IMG/VR virus record: IMGVR_UViG_3300022917_000010
Span: 687-64,686 of that record
Length of the DNA: 64,000 nt
Strand: one strand, 5' to 3'
From: a virus
The notes under the pieces are model-generated. The model was not told the origin of the DNA and ran no database searches. It saw nothing but the letters and a program-made list of their open reading frames with translations. Below, one piece after another: positions 44,492 to 53,640 of the stretch. Position 1 is the first letter of the stretch, and each line of letters opens with the position of its first letter. A program made the position numbers and the translations under genes.

Positions 44492-46035
44492 TGCGACCCT
44501 TTGCGCTTCCCGAACTGTTCCCGACGATAAACCACATCAGGCTGCATTCCCATCGCGATCTGCTGGAAGGCGTCCGCGCCGTGGTCGAACCCGTTCTTGG
44601 CCGGCTGCGCCATCCACTGCATCGTCGTCTTGTTCCACGCGCGGGTATAGTTATCGAGACATTCGACCAGATCGCCAGCGTAATCCGAGCAGAACCAGCT
44701 GTTATTGATAAACCGACGCCCAGCCTCAATCGAATCCGCCTTGTCCCCTACCCGGTCGACCACGATAAAGTCGACGCCGTGCTCAGCCGCCACCTCTTTC
44801 CGACTCTGTGCGGTGACGCCGGTCATATTCGACCAGTCCCGGGTATTCAGATCGTGCGGCCCGTAATGCTTGCCGTAGCGCCAGTTCCGCGTCTCCGCCC
44901 GCTGCTTGAGAATGCGAAGCCCATCCGCCAGGCCCGCGCTATCGCCGCGCGCAAAGTCGATATGCCGATGCCGCACGCCGTCTGTCTGCATGAACCCGAT
45001 GGCCAGGTTGCCATCCATCCCGAGATCCCAATAGGTGTGGACCGGTCGGCTATCGTCATACGGAACCGGATACCCCACGCGCTTATCCCGGCGCGCGGCG
45101 TTCATCTCGTTTTTCCAGTAGGCGCCCTCGAGGGAGGCAAAGAAACACTCGTCCGGCGTCGACGGATGCTCGCTTCGCATGTCGTCAGGACCGAGCGTCT
45201 CCCGGACCTTGACGTACCAAGCCTGCTGCTCGCCATCGGTCGCGATGCCGTGCTTGACCCGCAACTCCTCGAAATACTCCCGCATATCACCCGGAATAAA
45301 TACCAAGTTGATCGGCAGCCGATTGGCCGGGTTCATATGCCAGCCGTAGAAATGCAGCCGGAAATCGCGCTGGGTCAGCCGCTGGCGCGACGCCTGCAAC
45401 TGCTCCCCGGCCTTCACCAGATCGAAGAACTCACCCGAGGTGCCCTTGGCGGTCGATTCCACCCATATCTTGCCGTTGATCGGCACCGATTCGATGGTGC
45501 CCGTCTTGATTTCCTTGGCGATCAGCGGGGATTTAGCCGATATCGGCCCGTATTCTGAAATATGCAGCAGCTGCGGAGTATCGCCGCGGTAGGACGTGCC
45601 GGCGACGATCTTGGAGCCGTTCTGCCACTTCAATTCCTCTTGGTTATCAATGACCAGCGGCATCCCCTGCCGCAGCGACGCCGGCATGCGCTCATAGGCA
45701 AACTTGGCCATCGCCAGCTTGGCCTTGGCATCGTCCAGCGTCTGGTCGATGATCCCGGCCGTGGTGTTGGAGGCAAATATGCAGGCGTCCAGCATCCGAA
45801 TGCTGATGAAGGTCGAAAACCCGAGCTTGCGGCTTTTCAGGATCGTATCCCGGAACCACTCCCGGCCGGCATAATGCGCCTGCGCCGCGTTGAGCCGGAA
45901 CGGCACGGGCAAACCGTCCGCATTCTTGATGGCGTAGAGATTGTTGAGGCGGAAATTCCGGTCAGCCAGCTGCGCCTTTGACGCTTTCCATTCCCGGGTA
46001 TCGCGTACCGCCTCGAGCGCTGATGCGTCGCTCAT
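44479..46035 (-). CDS. terL: Terminase large subunit
   Basis: Walker A KSRKLGFST, Walker B LHISEYG, ESTAKG, nuclease YWDLGMD, GPHD, DHGADAF. Confidence 0.95.
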   Translation of the reverse strand: MSDASALEAVRDTREWKASKAQLADRNFRLNNLYAIKNADGLPVPFRLNAAQAHYAGREWFRDTILKSRKLGFSTFISIRMLDACIFASNTTAGIIDQTLDDAKAKLAMAKFAYERMPASLRQGMPLVIDNQEELKWQNGSKIVAGTSYRGDTPQLLHISEYGPISAKSPLIAKEIKTGTIESVPINGKIWVESTAKGTSGEFFDLVKAGEQLQASRQRLTQRDFRLHFYGWHMNPANRLPINLVFIPGDMREYFEELRVKHGIATDGEQQAWYVKVRETLGPDDMRSEHPSTPDECFFASLEGAYWKNEMNAARRDKRVGYPVPYDDSRPVHTYWDLGMDGNLAIGFMQTDGVRHRHIDFARGDSAGLADGLRILKQRAETRNWRYGKHYGPHDLNTRDWSNMTGVTAQSRKEVAAEHGVDFIVVDRVGDKADSIEAGRRFINNSWFCSDYAGDLVECLDNYTRAWNKTTMQWMAQPAKNGFDHGADAFQQIAMGMQPDVVYRREQFGKRKGSHWSQ

Positions 46036-46038
46036 GGC

Positions 46039-46398
46039 TTAGCCCGTCGCGGCCACGTCGACGATCGATATCGTCGCGCCCCGCGCCCATTGGAAAATAT
46101 TCTCGCCCTGCAACTTCGGAGACTGCGCGCTGGCAACCCGCGAATTCGACGCCGATGGGCCGTTGAGATTGATTTCGTACCGGATCGCCTGGCCGACCTC
46201 GACCTCGATCACGCACATCACGGCATCGTCCGGCGACTGCACCACGCTGGGAACGGGCGTGGCGCCGTTCGTGGTCAGCATCTGCTTCCAGAGGTACGGT
46301 TCCTGCCGGACGAACACGGAATCGGCGTTGTGGAATTTGAGCAGCCGCTGCTCGATTTGGACAATCCCGCTGTAACCCCACATGCGAACTAAGGCCAT
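46039..46398 (-). CDS. Hypothetical protein
   Basis: 119 aa directly upstream of terL. Confidence 0.6.
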   Translation of the reverse strand: MALVRMWGYSGIVQIEQRLLKFHNADSVFVRQEPYLWKQMLTTNGATPVPSVVQSPDDAVMCVIEVEVGQAIRYEINLNGPSASNSRVASAQSPKLQGENIFQWARGATISIVDVAATG

Positions 46399-46400
46399 TT

Positions 46401-46919
46401 CTAAACTCCCGAGTATTCGCCATGCATGCAGGCTGCTGCGATGCGATAGGCTGCTGCCGCCATCTCAGCGGTCGGATATAGCCCAAGCTGATATCGCACA
46501 CCGTCAGCGCTGATCCTACACCAATACGCATTCTGCTGCGGATGCTTTGTAACGCCCTTGAACCCGCATTTATTATGCTTCCGAACCGTCTGGTTCATGC
46601 AATTTTTCTTCGTTGTGGTGTCTCGCAGGTTGCCAATCCTGTCATTTGCCTGATCGCGATCGCGGTGATCCACTTCGCCCGATGGCCACATGCCCTTGTG
46701 CATAAGCCACACCACATGAGTCTGAGGGACGCGACCGCCGGGAATCCTGACGGTTTTTCGACCCCTCGTGACGGAATAGGCTCTATCGCCTATTTGGACG
46801 CCCCTCCCAGGCTCAATACGCCAATACAGATCGCCGGTCAGCGTATCGTATCGGAAGCGCGAGCGCGCCATCTCAGCGGTGAATCCGATTCGCAATGATG
46901 TCCGGACAGGGCTCCCCAT
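46401..46919 (-). CDS. HNH homing endonuclease with AP2-like domain
   Basis: YDTLTGDLYW, THVVWLMHKGMWPSGEVDHRDRDQANDRIGNLR, KGVTKH...QLGLYPTAEMAAAAY. Confidence 0.9.
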   Translation of the reverse strand: MGSPVRTSLRIGFTAEMARSRFRYDTLTGDLYWRIEPGRGVQIGDRAYSVTRGRKTVRIPGGRVPQTHVVWLMHKGMWPSGEVDHRDRDQANDRIGNLRDTTTKKNCMNQTVRKHNKCGFKGVTKHPQQNAYWCRISADGVRYQLGLYPTAEMAAAAYRIAAACMHGEYSGV

Positions 46920-46975
46920 GCAAACCTCCTGAAATCTCAGGATCGAAGCGATAGCACAGGAACCGCTAGTCGCAA

Positions 46976-47007
46976 AGAAGCCCCTGCCATGGGGGACAGG
47001 GGCTTCT
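46976..47007. terminator. Stem-loop terminator candidate
   Basis: AGAAGCCCCTG-10 nt-CAGGGGCTTCT. Confidence 0.6.
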
Positions 47008-47046
47008 CACACTCAGTCGGGAGCCGGAGGGCTGTTACCCGCTGAA

Positions 47047-48132
47047 TTACGATGGATTCGCGGCGCGACTTTCATCCGGGAAATCGGACGGCGGCTTGCC
47101 GGAGCCGTCGTCAGCGATGCCCTTCTGCTCAGAGTTGCGCTGCTTCTCCTCGTCTGACTTCTGCTTCGCATCTTCCATGGCTTTGCGCTGGGCCTCCAGC
47201 GCCGCCTCGCGGTTGGCCTTCTCAGCCTCCGGAGAGCCGGCCTGCGCCGTGCCAGGTTCCGCCAGATTGAGCGGATTGTCGCGGCGCCGCTCCATCTCTT
47301 CGTTGATCTTGTCCTGCTGCTTCTGCGCAGCCTCGCGCTCCGCGTCGGTCGGCTCATGCGGCACACCCGGGCCCGAGCCGATCGGCTGGCCATCGTTGCC
47401 GAGCAGCGCGTTCTGGCTGGAATCGCCCAACCCGGACTTGATGACGTCGGCATTGTTCGCCGGCGCCTTGGCGTCGGGATCTGTCGGAACCACCATCGAA
47501 CTCGAGGGCGAGTCGGGCATGGAGCCCGGCGCGCGCTGCGTGGTGCCGCCGCCGCTCACAACGAAACCGCCAGCGGTCTCGATCGCGGCCGGCTGGTTGG
47601 GCTGCGCATCCGTGCCGCGGCCCTTGTTACCCGTCGGATCGGGGTCGAAGGCCATGTTGGGCATCAGCGGCGCGCCGTCGCCACGGGCAGTGCCGGGCAT
47701 CGGATCGGGGCGCTCAGCCTCCGGATCGGTCGGGATTTCCTCCGGCTCAACCCGCTCTGACGCCGGCGCGCCGCCGTTGGACTGCGAAGGGGCCACCACC
47801 GGATCAGCATTGGCCGGAACCGCGTCCTTGAGCTCGTCATGGGTTGCCTGCGCTTGGTCCAGCGCCTCGCCCGCCGAGGTCTGCGCATCGTTCGCCTCGT
47901 CGAAGGCGTGCTGCAGGGCGTCCTTGTCCTCTTGGCTCAGTTCTTGGCGGACCGGGATCGCGTCAAGCTTGGCCTGCAGATCGGCCATCTTGGCCTCAGC
48001 GTCCTGCCGGGCAGCGAGAGCGTCCGCGAGTTGCTTGTCGCGGAGCTTGTCCGCCTCTTTATCGGCCTTGATATAATCCTGCTGCGCGCGGATCTTCGCA
48101 ACAGTCTCTGCGACTTCCTTCGAAACGGCCAT
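47047..48132 (-). CDS. Acidic coiled-coil/intrinsically disordered protein
   Basis: 361 aa; helical N-terminus followed by a Pro/Asp/Gly-rich tail. Confidence 0.7.
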   Translation of the reverse strand: MAVSKEVAETVAKIRAQQDYIKADKEADKLRDKQLADALAARQDAEAKMADLQAKLDAIPVRQELSQEDKDALQHAFDEANDAQTSAGEALDQAQATHDELKDAVPANADPVVAPSQSNGGAPASERVEPEEIPTDPEAERPDPMPGTARGDGAPLMPNMAFDPDPTGNKGRGTDAQPNQPAAIETAGGFVVSGGGTTQRAPGSMPDSPSSSMVVPTDPDAKAPANNADVIKSGLGDSSQNALLGNDGQPIGSGPGVPHEPTDAEREAAQKQQDKINEEMERRRDNPLNLAEPGTAQAGSPEAEKANREAALEAQRKAMEDAKQKSDEEKQRNSEQKGIADDGSGKPPSDFPDESRAANPS

Positions 48133-48204
48133 TTGAGTTTTCCTCGCAAGAGTTAAGCGGATGAATATTCACGATTTAGCATGATGCGAGCACCGCCGAA
48201 AGAT

Positions 48205-48375
48205 TTATAGACGCCCGGCGACAATAAGAATGATCAATATGATCAGCACCAGCCCGAGGCCGCCACCCAAGTACGGGCCGCCACCATAGTATGCACCGCG
48301 GCCGCCCCAACCGAGGCCGCCACCGAGCAACGCCAACACCAGAATGATGATTAGAACTGTCACGAGTAGCGACAT
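48205..48375 (-). CDS. DUF3309-family small membrane protein
   Basis: MSLLVTVLIIILVLALLGGGLGWGGRGAYYGGGPYLGGGLGLVLIILIILIVAGRL; GGAGG RBS; below the ORF-track cutoff. Confidence 0.8.
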   Translation of the reverse strand: MSLLVTVLIIILVLALLGGGLGWGGRGAYYGGGPYLGGGLGLVLIILIILIVAGRL

Positions 48376-48423
48376 GGGACGCCTCCGATAACGAGGGCGA
48401 TGCGCCGCAACAACGCCGCAATG

Positions 48424-48609
48424 CTATTTGGGTTCCATTTCCACCTTGCTGATCGCGATATGATAAACTACGTCGCGCTCAAACTGGCCCAACTCCTTCG
48501 GCAACTCTCCCATCAGATGGCCGGCGTTTGGCGGCTGAAACTTCAGCAGGACATAATGCGACCCGTTTTTCGATACGGAGGCGGAGCACTGCGCATCGAA
48601 CTCTATCAT
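48424..48609 (-). CDS. Hypothetical protein
   Basis: 61 aa from MIEFDAQC, coupled to the upstream gene. Confidence 0.45.
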   Translation of the reverse strand: MIEFDAQCSASVSKNGSHYVLLKFQPPNAGHLMGELPKELGQFERDVVYHIAISKVEMEPK

Positions 48610-49049
48610 GCTGCGGACCGGCGATAAAAGAAGGCGCCGAGCCCGATTATCAAGCCGATCACCGCAGAGATGCCGTTCCACAGCAGCGACGCGCCCTCCG
48701 CCCGGCTCACCACCTGGCTGATCCGCGCATCATTGGTCTGGATCTTGTCCTCCATCGCCTTGATCACGGCGAGCGCTTCCGAGCGCGACATCAGCGTGGC
48801 CTGCTGATCTTTCAGCGTCGATCGGAATTCGTTGACCGAATCGAACCGCTTCTCCGCCGCGGTCTCAGCCTTGGCCACAGCCTCCTTTGCCGCCGCCAGC
48901 GCCGCGGCGACCGCCTTCTCCTGCGCGTCAAACCTTTGATTGTTCGCCACGGACCGCTCGTTGAGGATCGTCATTACCTCTTGAGCCGTGACCTCCGCCC
49001 GCGCCGGCATCGCTACCAGCAGCAGCCCCGCGACAAGCCCCCAACGCAT
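48606..49049 (-). CDS. Signal peptide + coiled coil + C-terminal TM protein of the lysis cassette
   Basis: MRWGLVAGLLLVAMPARA|EVT...; C-terminal LLWNGISAVIGLIIGLGAFFYRR. Confidence 0.65.
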   Translation of the reverse strand: MRWGLVAGLLLVAMPARAEVTAQEVMTILNERSVANNQRFDAQEKAVAAALAAAKEAVAKAETAAEKRFDSVNEFRSTLKDQQATLMSRSEALAVIKAMEDKIQTNDARISQVVSRAEGASLLWNGISAVIGLIIGLGAFFYRRSAA

Positions 49050-49459
49050 CACACCAGCCTCCAAAGCCCCCACCCAGCCGTATAAGCGGCCATGGCCACG
49101 AGCGTCCATATCCACGGACCGTTACCATAAAGCGGTTTGGATATCTCCCGGATTGTGCAGATGAAGCCTATCAACGCGATCGTGCCGCCCAGGATCAGCC
49201 AGAACTGGCTCAAATTTGGCAGATCGCCCCCGCGCATCCGCCATGCCGTGACCTCGACCGACCGGATGGTGACCCCGAGCGCCAACGTCATCACGCCGAG
49301 CATGACCCGCATAGAACCGGTCGCGCGGGACCGCCAGCCGTACCCGAAAACCTTATAGGCGATGGCCTCGTGGACCAGATAGATCGCGCAAATCACCGTC
49401 AGCGACGCCGCGGCGAGGGCCCAGTTGCCATTCAGTATCTCGAGCGTGTAGCCGTGCAC
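49049..49459 (-). CDS. Four-TM membrane protein (holin/antiholin-like)
   Basis: Four hydrophobic segments in 136 aa. Confidence 0.6.
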   Translation of the reverse strand: MHGYTLEILNGNWALAAASLTVICAIYLVHEAIAYKVFGYGWRSRATGSMRVMLGVMTLALGVTIRSVEVTAWRMRGGDLPNLSQFWLILGGTIALIGFICTIREISKPLYGNGPWIWTLVAMAAYTAGWGLWRLV

Positions 49460-49695
49460 TACTGAGGCCCCAAGAATATCCGCTTTTCCTGGTCTCTCTC
49501 GTATTCCTCCGCCTTCTCATTGGCGGCGACGATCGCGGCGAACGGGTTGTCCTCATGGGCATAGGGGCGAATCTGGTCGACCAAGCTGTGCATCTGCGTG
49601 CGGACCTCAGAGCCAAGGCGCATCGCGGCGTCGAATTTCTCATTCGCCATCTCGCTAACCCTCGCCCGCCCCGTGAACCACGCCATGGTACTCAT
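49459..49695 (-). CDS. Hypothetical lysis-cassette protein
   Basis: Coupled ORF. Confidence 0.5.
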   Translation of the reverse strand: MSTMAWFTGRARVSEMANEKFDAAMRLGSEVRTQMHSLVDQIRPYAHEDNPFAAIVAANEKAEEYERDQEKRIFLGPQ

Positions 49696-49934
49696 CGCCG
49701 TTTCACATTCAGCATATCGATCACCATTTGCATCAAGCCCTTGAACTCGGTCATGGTCTGGATGGTGCTCGTCGAGAGCGCTAGAATCTGGGAATCTTTG
49801 GCCGCAATGATTTCATCCTTGTCACTAAGCGCTTTGATCAGACGATTTCTATCAAGAACGAGCCAACCGATCGCAATCAGGAGACACGCTAACACCCCGC
49901 CCTTTTGGATCAGATCAAAGGTTTCCGGGGTCAT
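49692..49934 (-). CDS. Single-TM + coiled-coil protein (holin- or i-spanin-like)
   Basis: GGVLACLLIAIGWLVL followed by a coiled coil. Confidence 0.55.
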   Translation of the reverse strand: MTPETFDLIQKGGVLACLLIAIGWLVLDRNRLIKALSDKDEIIAAKDSQILALSTSTIQTMTEFKGLMQMVIDMLNVKRR

Positions 49935-49988
49935 TTCAGTATGCCAATTGCCGCCTATGTTGCGTGGTCAATTATGACCACCCAGCCG

Positions 49989-50198
49989 TCAAATCGGTCG
50001 GTTAAACCGATCCATCATCGTATCTAGATCAGATTCCGTCTCCGCCAAATCATCATCCGTCACGGTCCCAGCTTCTGCCTTCTTGAGCAGAACGCGGATC
50101 GCCCGGTAGGCCGGCCCGACGCTACCGCCCGAATTGGCTATGACCTGCGCCGCGCCCAGCCCCTTCAGGAGTACCGGAAGAATTTTGCTGAAATCCAT
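49989..50198 (-). CDS. Hypothetical lysis-cassette protein
   Basis: 69 aa amphipathic. Confidence 0.5.
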   Translation of the reverse strand: MDFSKILPVLLKGLGAAQVIANSGGSVGPAYRAIRVLLKKAEAGTVTDDDLAETESDLDTMMDRFNRPI

Positions 50199-50200
50199 GG

Positions 50201-50629
50201 CTATTTCGCCTCCTGTATCGCAACACCATTTTCGGCCGCCTTGCCCTTCACGATGCCGATCAAGTCGACGACTTCGTTAAATACAACGGCCGCGTTCACC
50301 TGATCGTTCCTCTTTACGAACCCGCGCAGCCGCGCCAGGTAAGGCGGTATCTGCCGCGTGTAGACCTGCACCATGCGGATTTGCTCGACACAGCCCGCGT
50401 TCAGCGTCCCAGCCTCGCAGGCGTCGCGCCATGCGTTAAGGCCGGCGAAGACCAGCACCGCGCCGGCCTCGACCTTCCGCAACCGTTCGTTGGTGACGGG
50501 ATTGGCGACCGAAGCCGTGCCGAGTTCGACCAGCGTGGGGAGCTTGCCGAAGAATTGGCAACCGCCCTGCGGCAGCGCGAGAACCGCGAGAAGCGAAAGT
50601 GTGACGGCGATATGGGCGATGCGGCGCAT
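50201..50629 (-). CDS. Lipoprotein (o-spanin candidate)
   Basis: MRRIAHIAVTLSLLAVLALPQGG|C lipobox-like. Confidence 0.6.
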   Translation of the reverse strand: MRRIAHIAVTLSLLAVLALPQGGCQFFGKLPTLVELGTASVANPVTNERLRKVEAGAVLVFAGLNAWRDACEAGTLNAGCVEQIRMVQVYTRQIPPYLARLRGFVKRNDQVNAAVVFNEVVDLIGIVKGKAAENGVAIQEAK

Positions 50630-50637
50630 GGCGGCTC

Positions 50638-51114
50638 CTATGCTGCGGATTTGACTTGAGGGCTCACGGTTGCGGCCGCCAATTCCGGATCGGCCACCTT
50701 GATATCACTCACCACCTCCGGGAGCGACGCCGCGGCGTCCAGTATCGCCACCTTGGCCTCCTTGCTCGTCGGGATGGAGTTATCCTGCGCGACCGCCTTG
50801 GTCGCCTCGATCAGCGCTTTCTGCGCATCGACGGATTCCACACTCTTTTCGCCGGTAGCGATCTGCTGCACCTGAGCGATCTGATTGGACGTCGATGCGC
50901 TGCGCGTAGCCTGGATGCCGCCATAGACGACGCCAATGGCTGCCACGAGCTGAATGAGGGTGTTGATCGTGCTGCCCATGCTTTCGATGACCGTCTTGAC
51001 GGCGGCCATGTCGACCCCCTTGGCCTGTAGCCCGAAAATGGTAACCGCCACGCCGACGGCGGTCCCGACATGCCGCGTGGCCGCGTTAACCTCAGACTGA
51101 GTTGGCAATCTCAT
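50638..51114 (-). CDS. Holin-like membrane protein
   Basis: Two N-terminal hydrophobic segments; directly after the endolysin. Confidence 0.55.
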   Translation of the reverse strand: MRLPTQSEVNAATRHVGTAVGVAVTIFGLQAKGVDMAAVKTVIESMGSTINTLIQLVAAIGVVYGGIQATRSASTSNQIAQVQQIATGEKSVESVDAQKALIEATKAVAQDNSIPTSKEAKVAILDAAASLPEVVSDIKVADPELAAATVSPQVKSAA

Positions 51115-51129
51115 GATGCAAAATCCCTT

Positions 51130-51915
51130 CTAGGACTCGTTGCGTGAAATCTTTCCGTCGCTTTTTACGATAGGCAGGCTCGAAAAGCCAATCTTGGATG
51201 GGAGCGGCACACCAGCCGGCCACCAGAAGCCTTTATTGAGGCGGGATTTGGCAAATGGCTTGATATTCACCGCGTCGGACTGATTCCCACCCAAAAGCAT
51301 GATATTGCCGTGCTGGTCCGCGCCGACCACGATACCGATATGGCCGCCGCCATCCCGCAGCATCGGAGCGAAGGCCCCAACCGCCGGCCCGAGCAACTTG
51401 ACCGAGGGCCACTGACCGGCGAAATCCAGCGCCCACAGTGATTCGGTCCCCTTCAAGCCCGCCTTCGTCAGGCAATGGTTGGCAAAAAGCGCGCACCACG
51501 GGATTGAATCGTGCGTGTAAGTCTTGGCGATATTGCCGCCCTCGTCTTTCGCCCAATCGATAATCAGGGAATTGTCTTTGACGCCGAGCGTTTCCTTGAC
51601 GCCGATCAGTTTGAGGCCGGCCTGGAGCCACAGCGGCCGCTCGACCTCACCCCCCGGCGCCGGAGGCGCGGCCAAATCGCCAGCCAGAGCCTTATCGATC
51701 GCGGTAGCGGTATCATTGCCCACCACCCCATCCACCGGCTCGCAGCCCGCGCGCTTCTGGAAATCCTCCACCGCCGTATCGGTGCCGTTCCCGAAATACC
51801 CGGTGCCGCTCAGCTTGTAGCCGAGCTTTGCGAGCGCGACCTGTATCTCCTTGACGATCGGCCCGGACGAGCCGAGCCGGAAATATGTCCCTTTGGGTAC
51901 GGACTGCGAAAGCAT
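51130..51915 (-). CDS. Endolysin: PG-binding domain + TIGR02594/NlpC-P60-like peptidase
   Basis: LGSSGPIVKEIQVAL...VDGVVGNDT; PWCALFANHCL, GGHIGIV, LGGNQSDAV. Confidence 0.92.
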   Translation of the reverse strand: MLSQSVPKGTYFRLGSSGPIVKEIQVALAKLGYKLSGTGYFGNGTDTAVEDFQKRAGCEPVDGVVGNDTATAIDKALAGDLAAPPAPGGEVERPLWLQAGLKLIGVKETLGVKDNSLIIDWAKDEGGNIAKTYTHDSIPWCALFANHCLTKAGLKGTESLWALDFAGQWPSVKLLGPAVGAFAPMLRDGGGHIGIVVGADQHGNIMLLGGNQSDAVNIKPFAKSRLNKGFWWPAGVPLPSKIGFSSLPIVKSDGKISRNES

Positions 51916-51928
51916 GATGCGCTCCTGT

Positions 51929-53191
51929 TTAGAATTCGATAGCTATGCAAGTAGCGTTGCTAATTATCAGCGTGTTCGCACTCGTTAGTCGCGACAGATC
52001 AAACCAATACTGCGTTGCCAGCGAGAGCCCGGTAACAACAGCCCTTAGAGATATGGGGACAGAACCGCTGGCGACAGCAAAGGCCGTCGCTAACGACGTA
52101 CTCGCCTGAGTGCCAGTAACCGCCACGTTCGCTGCCGGTGCCGCGCCGCTCCCGTATCGCAGATCGAATGTGCCGGTATTCGGCACCGTATTGTTGGATG
52201 CGACAAATTGAATGGTGATATCCATTCGGCCATTGAGGACCGGCGTCAAAGTACATCCGTTTTGACCAAACCCCGACATCACCCCCGTAGCCGATGTGGT
52301 GTTAGCCGGGGAGGCCGGGCTTACCTGCACCACCGCGTTAGTGAATGCCCGCGCTACGGTGCATGTACCCGTCACAGTGATCGTGCAGGTTCCAGTAACC
52401 GTGATGCCATTGCCAGCGGCGACCTGCGCGCTGGTTACCGTTCCGGTTCCAGGCAGCGTCCACGACGGAATACCAGAAGCATCTTCCTGCAGAACCCGCG
52501 TGCCAGAGTTATTGCCAGCAAGGCAGACCCAATTCGTGCCGTTGTAATAGACCAGATCACCGGCGCGCGTCGGTGGGCAGTTATGCGCTGCGTTCTGGAG
52601 CCCCTGCTGCGTACCAGCACCGGAGCCGCCCCGCGCGACCGATAGCGTCCCGGTCCAACCCAGCGTAATCGATGCCGCGTTCACCAGCGCGACCGTCGGG
52701 CTGCCGCCGAGCGTCGCAGTCACGTTCGTATCGTCGGTTTTCGTCAGCGCCGCACCAGTGCCCCATGCCGGGCATGCTCCCACGCCGCCCGAGCGCAGCA
52801 CCTGCCCAGTCGCGACGTCCGCAATTCGGGAAAGCGTCGTGGTGCCGGTCGCGCACAGGATATCGCCTATGGCATAGACGTTCAGGCCAGTCCCGCCTCC
52901 AACGATACCCAAGACCGCATAGCCGGGATCCGCGCCAGCGCCGGAACTCACCCAAGGCAGCCCCGCCGTACCAGGCCCGACGATCGCCCAGCCGGACGCG
53001 CCGCGCTCAATGATGGCTCCGCGGGTCGACCCCAGCGCGCGGTCAAGGATCGCAGTAACGGTCTCCGCGCGCGCCGGCCGTGTCGCCGCTGACGAGTTGC
53101 CCATAACCTGACCAGCAGCAGGCTGTGATTGCGCGTGCGCGCCCCCGGCCAGCGCCAGCCAAGCGACTGCCGCGAATACCGCCCTTCTCAT
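51929..53191 (-). CDS. Signal-peptide-bearing tail fibre
   Basis: MRRAVFAAVAWLALAGGAHA|QSQPAAGQV; fibre repeats GGTG, GDIL, GQVL, GTVTS; 8 Cys. Confidence 0.7.
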   Translation of the reverse strand: MRRAVFAAVAWLALAGGAHAQSQPAAGQVMGNSSAATRPARAETVTAILDRALGSTRGAIIERGASGWAIVGPGTAGLPWVSSGAGADPGYAVLGIVGGGTGLNVYAIGDILCATGTTTLSRIADVATGQVLRSGGVGACPAWGTGAALTKTDDTNVTATLGGSPTVALVNAASITLGWTGTLSVARGGSGAGTQQGLQNAAHNCPPTRAGDLVYYNGTNWVCLAGNNSGTRVLQEDASGIPSWTLPGTGTVTSAQVAAGNGITVTGTCTITVTGTCTVARAFTNAVVQVSPASPANTTSATGVMSGFGQNGCTLTPVLNGRMDITIQFVASNNTVPNTGTFDLRYGSGAAPAANVAVTGTQASTSLATAFAVASGSVPISLRAVVTGLSLATQYWFDLSRLTSANTLIISNATCIAIEF

Positions 53192-53640
53192 GATTCCACC
53201 TCGTAACCATCGCCGGCCAGTTTCGGCTTGAACGTCTTCGCGTCGTAAGCATCGACCATCGGGTAGGACGCCAACCCATCAATCAGTTCAGCCGCCGTCC
53301 GATTGACCGAAATACCGTTTGGATTGGCGTTTATCGCCTTCACGGTGAGCGGCCTATTGGTACGGGATACCGCGGCCGCTGTCTGAATGACCACCGCGCC
53401 GCCTGTCGTATCGACCTCGAGAAGATAATCCGTCGGCAACACCGTATATGGCGACATGGCAAAGTTGACCGCCGTCGGCACGACCGCTGCCGGCGTGACC
53501 GAGGCCGTAACCACGTTGGCCTGCACCGCCTCGATCGCACGCTGGACGTCGATCGCGGCCACGCCGGGCGACGGGCTATAGGAAACATTCCTCGCCGCAG
53601 CGATCGGAGAAACCCGCAGATCGGTTTGAATGACTGACAT
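53188..53640 (-). CDS. Tail fibre adaptor/short structural protein without signal peptide
   Basis: Start MSVIQTD at 53640; ATDVQAAI-like AIDVQRAIE; YTVLPTDYLLEVDTTGGAVVI. Confidence 0.6.
   Translation of the reverse strand: MSVIQTDLRVSPIAAARNVSYSPSPGVAAIDVQRAIEAVQANVVTASVTPAAVVPTAVNFAMSPYTVLPTDYLLEVDTTGGAVVIQTAAAVSRTNRPLTVKAINANPNGISVNRTAAELIDGLASYPMVDAYDAKTFKPKLAGDGYEVES

Noticed and set aside
2024-48200. CtrA (TTAA-N7-TTAA) or alphaproteobacterial LexA (GTTC-N7-GTTC) boxes in intergenic regions
   Set aside because: The intergenic regions I inspected had only half-sites; a full scan was not possible by eye.
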